Below are positions 50,797-64,000 of a DNA stretch of 64,000 nucleotides, in pieces. Made by a program: the position numbers and the translations under genes. Within the stretch, counting starts at the first letter, position 1. Every line of letters starts with the position of its first letter. A model generated the notes under the pieces. That model made no database searches and was not told the origin of the DNA. It worked only from the letters and a program-made list of their open reading frames with translations. The DNA is from the human T2T-CHM13v2.0 reference genome, Homo sapiens. The stretch lies in NCBI RefSeq assembly GCF_009914755.1, contig NC_060927.1; one strand, written 5' to 3'.

Positions 50797-53700
50797 CCTG
50801 TGATATTGTGAGTAATATCTTCCTCTCCCCCACTGGATATTAGAAACAATATCACAGGTGAGGTGTACATTCCCTGCGATATTGGGAGTAATATCATCCT
50901 TCCCCCACTCCTTGATATTAGGAACACTATCACAGAGGGCGTGTCCATGCCCTGTGATACTGGAAGTAATATTATCCTTTTCCTCCCTGGATATTAAGAA
51001 CAATATCACAGCGTGAGTATACACCTCCAGCGGTATTGTGATTAATATCAAACTCTTTCCCCTGGATATTAGAAACAATATCACAAGGGGTGTGTACACA
51101 CCCTGCAATAATGGAAGTAGTATTATCCTCTCCCCACCTAACTATCAGGAACAACATCACGGGGGGTGTGTACACCCCTTGCGATATTGGGAGTAATATC
51201 ATCATCGCACCTGGATATTAGGAACAATATCACCAGAGGCGTGTACACTTCATGCAATACTTGGAATAATATCCTCTTCCCTACTGGATATTAGGAACAG
51301 TATCACAGGGGAGGTGTACACCCCCTGGAATATTAGGAGTAATATAATAATCTCACCCTGGATATTGGAAACAATATAACAGAGGGTATTAGAACTCCTG
51401 CGATATTGAGAGTAATATCATCCTCTCCCCTCCCTGGATTTTAGGAACAATATCACAGGGGTGGTGTATACTCCCTGAGATATTAGCAGTAATATCAATT
51501 TATCCCCTTCTGCATATTAGAAACAATAACACTGTGGAGGTGTACACCCCCTGCGATATTGGGAGTAATATCAGCCTTTAGCCACCTGGATATCAGGAAC
51601 AATATCAAAGGGGTGGTGTACCCCCCCCTGCGATATTGGGAGCATTATCATCCTCTTCTCGTCTGGATATTAAAAACGATGTAATGGGGGGGGTACACCC
51701 CTTGCGATATTGGGAGTAATATCATCCTAACCCCTTAAACATTAAAAACAATATCACAGAATGGGTTTACACCCACTGCGATATTAGGAGTAATATCATC
51801 CTCTCCCTTCCTGGACATTAGGAACAATATCACAGGAAGGGTATATACCCCCTGCGATATCGGGAGTAACGTTATACTCTCCCCTCAGATATTAGAAACA
51901 ATATTAGAGTGGGAGTATACACTTCCTGTGATATTGGGAGTAACATCATCCTCTCCCCCTCTGCATATTAGAAACAGTATCACAGGGTGGGTACACACCT
52001 ACTGCGATATTGGGAGTAATATCAATCTCTCCTCTTCTGGATATTAAAAACAATATCACGAGGGGGTGTACACCCCCTAGGATATTGGGAGTAATATCAT
52101 CCTCTCCCTCCCTTGATATTAGGAACAATATCACGGGGGGGTGTACACACCCTGCGATATTGGGAGTAATATCATCCTCTCCCTCCCTGGATACGAAAAA
52201 CAATATCAGAATTAGGGTGTACACCCACTGTGGTATTGAAAGTAATGTCATCCTCTCTTCCCCTGAATATTAGGAACAATATTACAGGTGGGGTGTACAC
52301 CCTCTGCAAAATTGACAGTAATATCATCCTTTCTTCACCTGAATATTAGAAACAATATCACAGGATGGGTGTACACCCCCTGCTTGGGAGTAACAACATC
52401 ATTTCCCCCGCTGGATATTAACAACAGTATCACAGGGGGAGGTTACACTCCCTTTAATATTGGGAGTAATATCATTTTCTCCCCTCCTGAGTACTAGGAA
52501 CAATATTACAGAGAAAGTGTACACCCGCTGCGATATTGGAAGTAATATATTCTTCTCTCCCTCTTTATATTAGGAACACTATCACAGGGGGAGTGTACGC
52601 TTCCTGCGATATTGGGAGTAACATCATCCTCTCCCCCTCTGGATATTAGGAACAATATCACAGGGTGGGTATACACCCATTGCGATGTTGGGAGTAATAT
52701 CAACCTCTACTCTTCTGGATATTAAAAACATTATCACGGGGTGGGGAGGCTGTACATCCTGTGATATTGTTCCTAATATCCAGGGAGGTGTACAACCCCT
52801 GCAATATGGGAGTAATATAATCCTCTGCCCCCCAGGATATTAGGAACAATGCCACAGTGGATCTGTATGCCTCGTGCGATATTGGGAGTAACATCATCCA
52901 TTCCCTCACTAAATATTAGAAACAATATCACAGGTGGGGTGTACACCCTGTGCGATATTGGGAGTAATATCATCTTCTCACTCCCCTGGATTTAGAAACA
53001 ATATTACATGGGGGGTGTACACCTGCTGGGATATTGGGAGAAATATCATCCTCTCCCCCCTTGATATTAGGAACAATATGACAGTGGGGGTGTAAACACC
53101 CTGTGATATTGTGAGTAAAATCATCCTCTCCCCCCCTGAATATTAGAAACAATAACACACAAGGGGTGTACATCCCCCACGATACTGGGAGTAATATCAT
53201 ATTTTCCCTCACTAAATATTAGGAACATATTATTGGGATATTGGGAAAAATATGATCTTCTCACCCCCTGGATTTTGAAACAATATCACAGGAGGTTGTA
53301 CAGCTGCTACCATATTGTGAGTAATATTATCCTCTTCCCCTCTGGATATCAGGAACAATATCACAGGGAAGGTGTACACCCCCAGCAATATTGGGAGTAA
53401 TATTATCCTCTCTCACACCAGATATTAGAAAAAATATCACAGCGGGGGTGTACATCACTTGCAATATTAGGAGTAATACCATCATTTCCCCCACTGGATA
53501 TAAGGAACAATATCACAGGAGGGGTGTACAGTCCCTACCATATTGGGAGTAATATCATCTTTTTCACCCTGGATATTAGGAACAATATCACGGGGGGGGG
53601 GGTTACACCAACTGCTATATTGGGAGTAATATCGTCCCCTCACCCCTGGATGTTAGGAACAATATCATCCCCTCACCCCTGGATATTGGGAACAATGGGG

Positions 53701-56700
53701 GGGGGGTGAGCACCCCCCCGGGTTATTCAGAGTAGTATTATCCTCTACCCCCTTGGATATTAGGAATATTAACACAGGGGTGTTGTACACCCCCTGCGAT
53801 ATTGGGAATAATATCACCTTCCCCCGCTTGGATATTAGAAACAATATCACAGAAGGAGTGTACACCCACTGAGGTATTGGGGGTGATATCATCCTCTCCC
53901 TCCCTGAATATTAGGAACAATAATCATAAGGGAGGTGTACACCCCCTGCAATATTAAAAGTAATATTATCTTCTCCCCATCTGGATATTGAAAAGCAATA
54001 TCATAGGGGGGTTGTACACCCCCTGCGATATTTGGAATAATGTCAACCTCTCCCTCCTTGGATATTAGGAGCAATATCACAAGGTGGGTGAATACTTTCT
54101 GCGATATTGGGAATAATATCCTCTCCCCCCTTGATATTAGGAACAATGTCTCAGGGGAGGTGTTCACCCCCTGCGATATTGGCTGTAGTATCATAATCTC
54201 CCCCTGGATATTAAAAACAGTGTCATAGAAGGGGTGCAGACCCCCTCCGATATCGGGAGTAATGTCATCCTCTTCTTCCCTGGATATTAGGAACAATATC
54301 ACGTGGGAGGTGAACACCCCCTGCGATAATGGGAATTATATTATACTCTCCCCCCCTAAATATTACGAACAATATCGCAAAGGGGGTATACACTTTCTGC
54401 GATATTGAGAGTAATATCATGCTCTTTCCCATGGATGTTAGGTACAATATTACATGGATGTTGTACAGCACCTGAGATATTTGGAGTAATATCATTCTTT
54501 TTCTTCTTGGGTATTAAGAACAGTATCACAGGGGAGGTGTAAACCCACTGCGATATTGAAAGTAATATCATCTTCTCCCCACGTGGATATTAGGAATAAT
54601 ATATCAGGGGGTTGTACACCTCTGCGATATTGGGAATAATATCATATCCCCCACCTTGATATTAGGAACAATGTCATGGGGGGGATGTATCCTTCCTGCG
54701 ATATTGGGAATAATATAATCCTCTCCCTTCCTGGATGTTACGAACAATATTACAAAAAAGGTGTGCACGACCTGCGATATTGGGTGTAATATCATCCTCT
54801 CCCCACCTGGATATTATGAACCATATCAGGGGTGTACACACCTCACGATATGGGCGATATGGGGAGTAATGTCACTCCCACTCCTCCTGCATATTACGAA
54901 TCAGATAACGGGGGTGAACACTTTCCGTGATGGGGGAGTAATATCACCTCTCCCCCCCCCGATATTAGGAACAACATCACAGCAGGGGTGTACATCCCCT
55001 GCGATACTGGGCGTAATCATCCTCTTCCCCACTGAATATTAGGAACAATCTCACAGGGGGATGTACACCCCTGCGATATTGCAAGTAATATCATCCTTTC
55101 CCTTCCTGAAAATTAGAAACAATATCACAGAGGTGGTGTACACCCCCTGCGACATTGGAATTAATATCATCCTCTCCCCGCTGGATATTAGGAACAATAA
55201 ACGGGGGACGGGGGTGTACAACCCATGAGATATTTGGCGTAATATCCTCTCTTCTCCTGAATATGAAAAACAATATTACAGGGGGGGTTGTACACCCCCT
55301 GGGATATTAGGAGTAATATCATCCTCTCCCCCCTTGGATTAGAAACAATGTCATAAGGGAGGTCTACACCCACTGTGATATTGGGAGTAATATCATCCCC
55401 TCTCCCCTTGGATATTAGGAACAATATCGCAGGTGGGCTGTACAGTCCCTGCGATATTGGGAGTAATGTCATCCTGACCCCTCTGGATGTTAGGAACAAT
55501 ATCGCACGGGGGGTATCCACCCCCTGCGATATTGAATGTAACAAAATCCTTCCCCTCCCTGCATATTAGGAACAATATCTCTGGGACAGTGTACACTCCC
55601 TGTGATATTGGGAGTGAGATTATCTTCTCTTCCCTTAGGAACAATATCACAGGGGGTGTACACCCCATGCGATATTGGGGATAATATCATCCTCTCAGGC
55701 TCTGGATATTAGAAACAATATCACAGAGGGTGTGTACACTTGTAGGGATATTGGGAGTAATATCACCCTCTCCCTCCTTGGATATTTGGAAAAAATCACA
55801 GGGGGTTGTACATTTGCTGCAATATTGGGAGTAATATCATTTTCTGACACCCTGGATATTAGGAACTATATCACTGGGGGGGTGTACACCCCCTGCAATA
55901 TTGGGAGTAATATCATCCTGCGCCCACCTTGATATTAGGAACAATATCACAGGGGGGTGTACATAACCGGGGATATGGGGTGTGATATTATCCTCCTTGC
56001 CCCTGGACATTAAGAGCAATATCAAATTGTGGGTGTACACCCCATGCGATATTGGGAGTCATATTATCTTTCCCAGTGAATATTAATAACAATATCACAG
56101 CGTGGGGCTACATCCCCTGTGATATTGGGAGTAATATCATCCTCTCCCCCCTGATGATTAGGAACAATATCACTGCGGGATTGTACACTTCGTATGAAAT
56201 TTGGTGTAATTTCATCTTCTCCCCTCCTGCATGTTAGGAACAATATCACAGGGGAGGTGTACCCCCCAGGCGACACTGGGAGTAATATCATTTTCTTTCC
56301 CCCAGGATATTAGGAACAATATCAAAGGGGTTGTGTACACTCCCTGATATATTGGGAGTAATATAATCTTCTCCTCCCCTGGATATTAGGAACAATATTA
56401 CGGGGGGCGTGGTGGTGTGTGTCTACCCAGTGCGATATTGGGAACAATACCATCTCTCAAGTTGGATATTAGGAACAATATTTCAGGAGGGGTGTACACA
56501 TCCTGTGATATTTTGAGTATTAGCATTATTCTCTCTCCACTTGGATATTAGAAATAACAGGGGTTGTACCTACCCCTGCAATATTGGGAGTAATTTCATT
56601 CTCTCCGTCCTTGAATATTAGAAAAATATCACAGGGATGTGTACACCCCCGGCGATATTGGGAGTAATATCATCCTCTCCACTCTGAATATTAAGAAAAA

Positions 56701-57998
56701 TATTACAGAAGGCTGTACACCCCCTACGATACTGGGAGTAATGTCACCCTCTCCCCTCCTGAAAATTAAGAACGGTATCATGGAAGGGGTGTACACCCCC
56801 TGAAATATTGGGAGTCATATTATCCTCTCTTCCTTCTAAATATTGAAAACAATATTACAGGAAGGTGTACACCCTCTGCGATATTGAAAGTAATATCATC
56901 CTTTTCTGCCGTGGACATTAGAAACCGTATCACAGGGGGGTTATACACCCCCTCCTATATGGGGAGTAATATCATTCTCTCATTCCTGAATATTAGGAAC
57001 GATATCATGGAGGGGGTGTACCTCCTTGTAATATTGGGAGTAATATCATTCTCTCCCCCTCTGGATATTTGGAACAATATCACGGAGGCGTGTACACCTC
57101 CTGCAATATTGAGAGTAATATCATCCTCTTTCTCCCTGAATATTAGGAAAAATATCGCACGGGGGCGTCCACATCTCCTCGACATTGGGAGTAATATCAT
57201 CCTCTTGCATTCTGGATATTAGGAACCATATAACAGATGGGGTGTACACCCTTAGGGATATTGGGAATAACATTTTTCTAGGATACTACGAATAACACCA
57301 CAGGGTGTACACACATGTTGTACACACACTGTGACATTAGGAGTAACTTCTCCCTAGGATATTATGAATAATATCATATTAATAATTATATCATATTAAT
57401 TCATATACCATTCACATTATCATATTCATATATCATATAACAATATATTAATTATATCATATTAATGATATAATATATCATTATTCATATTAATGAATTA
57501 TATCATATACTTAATATGATATAATTCGTAGTATCCTAGGGAGATGTTACTTCTAATATCACAGAGGGTGTATTCCCAGTTATATTATTGGTAATATTCT
57601 ACTGAGGTGTTACACCTAATGTCACAGTGGGGGTACACCATGTGAAATTATTCAAAATATTATAGGTAAAATGTTACTCCTAATTCCAAAGTAGATATTA
57701 CAAAGGATTGTACAATCCCCGCGATATGGGGAATAATATCACCCTCTCACCCGCGGATATTACGAACCATATCCAGACGGTTGTACACCCCCCGAGATAC
57801 AGGGAGTAATATCACCTCTCACCTCCTGGATATTATGAACCATGTCACAGGGGGGTGTACACCCCCCGCGATATGGGGGGTAATATCACCCTCTCCCCCC
57901 TGGATATTATGAACCATATCAGAAGGGGGCGTACACCCCCTACGATATGAGGAGTAATATCACCCTCTCCCTCTCTGGATATTAAGAACCATATCACA
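50797..57998. repeat. SATR1/SATR2-like satellite array, ~73-bp diverged unit, ~7.2 kb
   Basis: Unit approx. ggatattaggaacaatatcacagggggtgtacaccccctgcgatattgggagtaatatcatcctctcccccct. The tandem nature is certain; the family name is from recollection. Confidence 0.9.
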
Positions 57999-58362
57999 CA
58001 TCACTGGTTTCAGGACTATTTCAAATGACTGACCATTAGTGTCTTATCGCCAGTCTGGGAATCTCACGGTGCAATATTCTAGGGAGACTTGTTACCTTAG
58101 AAACAGGTGCTAATATTGCAATAATGATTCGCTAGAAAATTACAAAGCATATCTAAGAAGTTAGTGAATAATATTAAATTGGGAAGTGGAGCCTAGCATC
58201 TTTTGGGCAGGAGAATTATTTAAGATGCCCTTGAAAATGAGGGTAAGAAACCACAGAAAGAATAAGAAAAAACATCAGTGAAGGCAATTTATGTGATAAG
58301 AGGGAGTTAAATTAGTGGGGAAAAAAAGGGAAAATTTCCAGTACCTTCCAGGTGCTTTCACA

Positions 58363-58611
58363 AGTACCTGGAAGGCTTCTTGTGCTCACTTCCATTTAAA
58401 TTACCTCGCTCCACAAACACAGCCACCACTCTGATTTCTATTACCATAGATTAATTTTCCATGTTCCTGAAGTTTTTATAAATGGAATCACACAGTCTCT
58501 TTCATGTCTAGCCTCTTTCCTCAACATTCTGTTTAAGAGAATGTCCATATTGTTGTGGAGATCAGCAGTACTTAACATGTTGAACATCTAATTGCTCATG
58601 TAGATTGGCCA
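58363..58611 (-). repeat. Diverged direct copy of 48570-48813 (L1ME-derived)
   Basis: Shared agtacctggaag...tttttataaatg...tgttgtggagatcagYagtacttaaSatgttgaacatctaattg. Confidence 0.85.
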
Positions 58612-59294
58612 AATCCAAGGAGTTTCTACTCATCTTAAAGCTGAGACTATGCTTGAAAATAAAACATGGTTCTGAGTCCAGCCTTAGTAAACGGGGTATT
58701 TAGTCCACAACTCTAAAACCAGCTCTCAGGTTTGTGAATCTCAGTCTGTTTCTGCCACAAATATTTTACTTGTCCAATATTTATTGGTCAATTTCTGTCA
58801 GGTATTGTGACAGATCATACAATTTTGTAAAATCATCAATTGAGAAATTTATTAATTATGAGAACAGAAGAGAGGTTGAAAACAGTCTAGGAGTATTAGG
58901 GGAGCTTTTGTAATCATTTATTTATCCATATATTAAATATTTATTGAGCGCCTACCTCATGCCAATCATGCTAGATGCTGAAGATACTGCTTTGAACAAG
59001 ACAGATATGCCTTTGCCTTAATGGAGCTGCAATTCCAGTGAGAAAGAGAGGAGATGACATTAAAGGAGGTCTTGAAGGATCCATTAAGTCCTTATGCGAA
59101 AAAGCAAGAAGTGTCATTGCTAGCAGAGATTCCTATAGGTAGAATTATAGAGTATAGAAAGAGGTTGATACATTTGGAAAACTACAAATAGTGACATACG
59201 GCTGGAATTCTGATAAAGAGCAAGTAGAGTAGATTCTTCCAAAAATGTTGCACCTAAAATCTACCACTGGCTAGGCTAGCTAAGCTAACTGTCC

Positions 59295-59331
59295 ATCTGT
59301 CTATCTGTCTGTCTATCTGTCTATCTGTCTG

Positions 59332-59378
<47 letters not shown>

Positions 59379-59396
59379 GTCTATCTACCATCTATC
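59295..59396. repeat. Compound (TCTG)/(TCTA)n tetranucleotide STR
   Basis: Direct reading. Confidence 0.95.
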
Positions 59397-59859
59397 TCAC
59401 CTATTCTGTGTATGATGTGATAAACACTGGGGGAATTCATAGAGAGAGGAATGTGACAGGGCCTCCATCCTTAAAGGTGCATATAATAGAATGTAGAAAC
59501 CTCATATCCAAATGGTATTATTAGGGTGAAAGAAGCTGGTAGATGGATTAAAATGGAAGGAGCTAGGTTCAGGGTTCAATTTGGCTGTATGACATTATGA
59601 AAATAGGATTTTGAACTTTTAATAGAGGTTTTCCTTCCCTTACCCTCAGTTGTTCAATAAAAGTTTTGGGCTGTTCAGCTCTACCAAAAAGTGTCAGAGC
59701 AGAAAAAAGACAAGCCTGTTAATGTGTCAAGAACAAAATGGCTCTTTGGGTTTCCAATGGACTGTTTTCTTCTCAAATAACCTTTATGCGTTAGGTTCAA
59801 AAGGGCCAATATAGGGTTACATTTATTATACCCTCTTAAATGCCTTTCAGAAGCATTGG

Positions 59860-60305
59860 GTATACATTAGCTCTTTCTGTAGTAACAAACAACCTTTAAA
59901 TTTCAATGGCTGACAATGAGAGACATTCTTTCTCACTTATTTGTTTACAAGTTGGTTATAGTTTTGCTCAGCTCTGCTTGGCTCTCCTGAACTGGGCTCT
60001 GGGATGTGAAGTGGGGTCAGGTCTGTTCCGTGTATCCTTTAATTCTGGGACCTAGGTGGAAGAACAGACATTATCTAGAAAGATTTTCTTCATGGCAGGG
60101 GGCTGAAGCTTAAGCAAATGGCAGAAACTTGCAAAGCCTCTAAGAGTTTCTGCTTGGACATGATATAAATCATGTTCACTCATATTCCATTTCCAAAGCA
60201 AGTCTTACAACCAAATCATAACTGAGCTAAAAGGTATACCTCTTTTTATGGGGCAAGGGCAAGAGAAAGTAGCATAAATCTTTGCCAATCAGTACAATCT
60301 ACCAT
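59860..60305 (-). mobile_element. Old MaLR LTR (MLT1-like)
   Basis: gtaacaaacaacctttaaatttcaatggct...cactcatattccatttccaaagcaagtc...caatctacca. Confidence 0.6.
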
Positions 60306-62049
60306 GAAGTATATATTTATGCACTTGTTTGTAAAATAACTTCTTCAAATAAACTAGAATATCTCTCAGAAGTGTTGTCATCAAAAGCTATTAGAGAACA
60401 CTACATTTCAAAGGAAATGTTCTTTCTAAGATTTTCTTTCATGTTACATTAGGAGAGTTGATAGCAGAATTTGATACTTAATAATGATCTGAAATACTTG
60501 ACTTGGGGTAAGACTGCTACAGGATGAAAGTCAAATTCAGGCTCTGAAAATTTGGGAATATCTATTTGTGAGAACTATTTTTGCAGTTATTCATTAATTT
60601 AGAATTGATGTGACAATATTAGTCACTCAGGTATTATAGTGACCCATGCAACTTTACACATGGAAATACATGTTTTTGGTGGGGAGCTGGGATAGGGTGG
60701 GGGAGATAGTGAATGTTTTATAATGTAGATACATCTAATTGCTATGTTACTGACACAATCTTTATGTTTTGTTTGACTGAACAGGGTGTGTTTCTTACAA
60801 GTGCTTTCCCCCTACAAATTCAGGTGACATATTGCTGTGATTTGTACTCCAACAAATGACAGAAGTAGTCATTTTCCCTGTGTGTGTGAAAAGCATAAAT
60901 CAGTCCTTGCAATGGGACTGTCTGATATGTGAACATCTAAGTTAAACTTGGTTATAGAATTATGAGTTAAATTTAGAACATTTAAAGGCAGTGTATTTTG
61001 CGTGGATATTTGAGTGGCTGTAGGACATTACATGGCATGATGAAAACATCACATTTTCTCTTCTTTCTTGTACTTTTATGCTTTATGTCGAATTAGGTGT
61101 TGCTCTTAGTGTGCAATGATGATTATTTCATATTATTATTCACACTTCTGCAGCTCCAGTGAACACTACTTAAAACCAAGCCATTGAGTAATTTCAATAG
61201 ACTTCGAGATCACAATGTACTTCTCTAATTAAGAAGTATTACTGTGTACCATGCTGAGACAGACCTGCAATTCAGCACACGGCACTTCATCCTGTTACGG
61301 GGTTAGATTAATTCTGTTTTTAAATACAGATGATATAAAACATTCCTGGAGAAAAGTGCTTTTCAGTATTCTTGGAGCAACTATGAAGTTGGTGAGGGGA
61401 TAGAATAAAAAAGAGAAAATAAGTTTGATCTTCTATCTAATGAGTGAAATTAAAGCCCTCATTAAGAAATTATTACAAGGTCTTTGGGGCCCAGCTGCAT
61501 CTCTTTTTCCATCCTCCTTTTTTGGGTTTTGGCTTTTGTAGTAGTTAGGGTCCTTTCAGCTGCAATTAATGAGAAACCAAATTCAGCCAGTAAGAAAATT
61601 TATTATCTTCCATAACAGCTGGTCAAGAGGTGGGATGGAGGGCCCTGTCATGAGGATAGGAAGGGTAGAGCTCTATTTCTCTGCTATTCTCTAGGTTCTT
61701 TGCTTATCTCTGTTTTGTGTTTATTCTTAGGCTGACTTCTCTCATTGTATTAAGATGGCTGCTAGCAACGGCCAAGGAAATATGCTTCCTTGATCCTATC
61801 CAGAAGAAGATAATTCTCCCCCAGTGTTTCAGAAATGTAAGTTGTTACCCAATATTCATTCTTCCTTGTTATGTACTGATAGAAGATTTTGCTGGAAGCA
61901 AGGCTTTCCCACTGGAGATGACATTTTTCCAGCCTCTGTTCTATTTGGATATAGTCAGGAGATTCGAATTCTTGCTAATGGAAGGTGATGAAAGCAATGG
62001 GGTCAACTTTTGGTTACATTCTGAATGGAAGGAGAATCCCTTCCACACA

Positions 62050-63322
62050 TATAGTGTAAGGAAGGGGTCCAGTTTCAGACTTCTGCATATGGCTAGCCCA
62101 TTATTCCAGCACCATTTATTAAACAGGGGATTCTTTCCCGATTGTTTTTGTCAGGTTTGTCAAAGATAAGATAGCTGTAGGTGGTTTTATTTCTGGGTTC
62201 TCTATTCTGTTCCATTGATCTATGTATCTGTTCTTGTACTAGTACTATGCTGTTTTGGTTACTGCAGTCCTGTAGTGTAGTTTGAAGTCAGGTAGTGTGA
62301 TGCCTCCAGATTTGTTCTTTTTGCTTAAGACTGTCTTGGCTATTTGTGTTCTTTTTTTGTTCTATATGATTTTTTAAAAAATTTTCTCTAGCTGTGTGAA
62401 GAACATCACTGGTAGTTTAATGGGAATAGCACTGAATCTGTAAATTGCTTTGGGAATTATGGCCATTTTCATGATATCGATTCTTCCTATCCTTGAGCAT
62501 GGAAGTTTTTCCATTTGTTTGTGTCAAATCTGATTTCTTTGAGCAGTGGTTTGTAGTACTCCTTGTAGAGATCCTTCACTTCCCTTGTTAGCTGTATTCC
62601 TAGGTATTTTATTCTTTTTGTGGCAATTATGAATGGGAGTTCGTTCATGATTTGGCTCTTGGCTTGACTACTGTTGATGTGTAGGAATGTTAGTAGTTTT
62701 TGCACATTGATATTGTATCGTGAGACTTTGCTGAAGTTCCTTATCAGCTTAAGAAGGTTTGGGGCTGAGATAATGGGGTTTTCTAGATATAGGATCATGT
62801 CATCATCAGATAACAGGGATAGACTGACTTACTCTCTTCCTATTTGAATACTTTTTATTTCTTTCTCTTGCTGGATTGCCCTGGCCAGAACTTCCAATGC
62901 TATGTTGAATGGGCGTGGCGAGAGAGGGTATCCTTGTCTTGTGCCGGTTTTCAAGGGCAATGCTTCCAGCTTTTGTCCATTCAGTATGATATTGGCTATG
63001 GGTTTTTCATCATAAATGGCTCTTATTATTTTGAGATACGTTCCTTTAATACTTAGTTTATTGAGAATTTTTTTAACATGAAGTGATGTTGAATTTTATT
63101 GAAAGTCTTTTCTGCATTGATTGACATAATCATGTGGTTTTCATCTTTAGTTTTATTTATGTGATGAATCACATTTATTTATTTGCATATATTGAACCAA
63201 CCTTGCATCTTGGGCCTAAAGCCTACTCCATCGTGGTGGATAAAATTTTTGATGTGCTGCTGGATTCGGCTTACCAGTATTTTGTTGAGGATTTTTGTTC
63301 ATCAAGGATATTGGCCTGAAGT
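62050..63322 (-). mobile_element. Primate L1 ORF2 internal fragment
   Basis: ORF 62487..62798 ([34 protein letters not shown]...[16 protein letters not shown]) matches the L1 ORF2 reverse transcriptase region. Confidence 0.92.
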
Positions 63323-64000
63323 AAGACTGCTCAACTGGGGTCTCCAGCTTTCAGGCTTTCTGTATCACTTTAGGTCATGTGCTTATTCTTAGGTCAGAAA
63401 TAGACTCTAAGGATGAGCTCTCCAGAGTGTTGATTGGCTCAAGCCTAGATTCTTGGACCAATCACTGGCAAGAGAGTTTCTGAATCAATCACTGACAATA
63501 CAATGATTGGTTAAGATTAACCAGGACCCACTCCTAGAACAGGGACCCACTGGAGTCAGCAAGGGTTGGGTCATGTTGAAGGTTCTATTTGGAGGAAATG
63601 ATAAGTGGTTAATCCAAAAAGTTCGTTAGAAGCATGTCTCTCTTCAGAGTATCTGACAAACTGAGGGCTGAGAAAATAAAAATTAATGAATTCAGTCAAC
63701 TTTGCTTCTCAGATTGCTGGAGGGTATAGACTAAATGGTGCGTGTTATTTCAGATTTAGGATGTTTTGTTTTCATTTGTTAATATGTATGAGTGAACATA
63801 TATTTGCATATGGGTGTTGAGGGATTGATCCATATTGCTGTGTGTAGGGTAGGCAAGGTTTTATTTTCTCTATGTCTTGCCACTTCAGAAAGCCTTGCTT
63901 GGCTATTAGCTAAAGATTGGTATAACTGTTTTCAACAGGATTCAGGAACATAAAACAAGTCACCTCTATTAGATTATTAGTCTAATGACAGTCTAAATAG

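Noticed and set aside
50737-57222. Many ORFs with repeating DDITPNIAGGVHPP / ILLPISQGVYTP peptides
   Set aside because: These are translations of the satellite in shifting frames, broken by indels, with no gene structure.
50797-57998. CRISPR-like array of palindromic repeats
   Set aside because: The intervening segments are homologous to each other rather than unique spacers, there are no cas genes, and the context is primate.

Overview
AT-rich primate genomic DNA, most likely human (Alu, L1, L2, MIR, MaLR/ERV LTRs, hAT fossils). The one supported gene is OTOL1 (otolin-1, a C1q-domain collagen-like inner-ear protein) on the + strand. Its 4 coding exons (33581-33944, 35943-36032, 39083-39145, 39802-40718) total 1434 nt = 477 aa and carry Ala at residue 470. 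Downstream lie a 5'-inverted L1 and a ~7.2 kb SATR-type satellite of ~73-bp internally palindromic units. I see no evidence of a new gene system. The most notable unexplained structures are rearrangement scars: a ~450 bp near-identical inverted duplication with template-switch junctions, a palindrome with an AT-rich centre and orientation flips in the satellite, a ~250 bp direct duplication bracketing the L1 and satellite, and a fold-back hairpin 3' of OTOL1. A splice acceptor just upstream of the ATG also implies an extra 5' exon. Repeat family names and boundaries were assigned by eye and are approximate.
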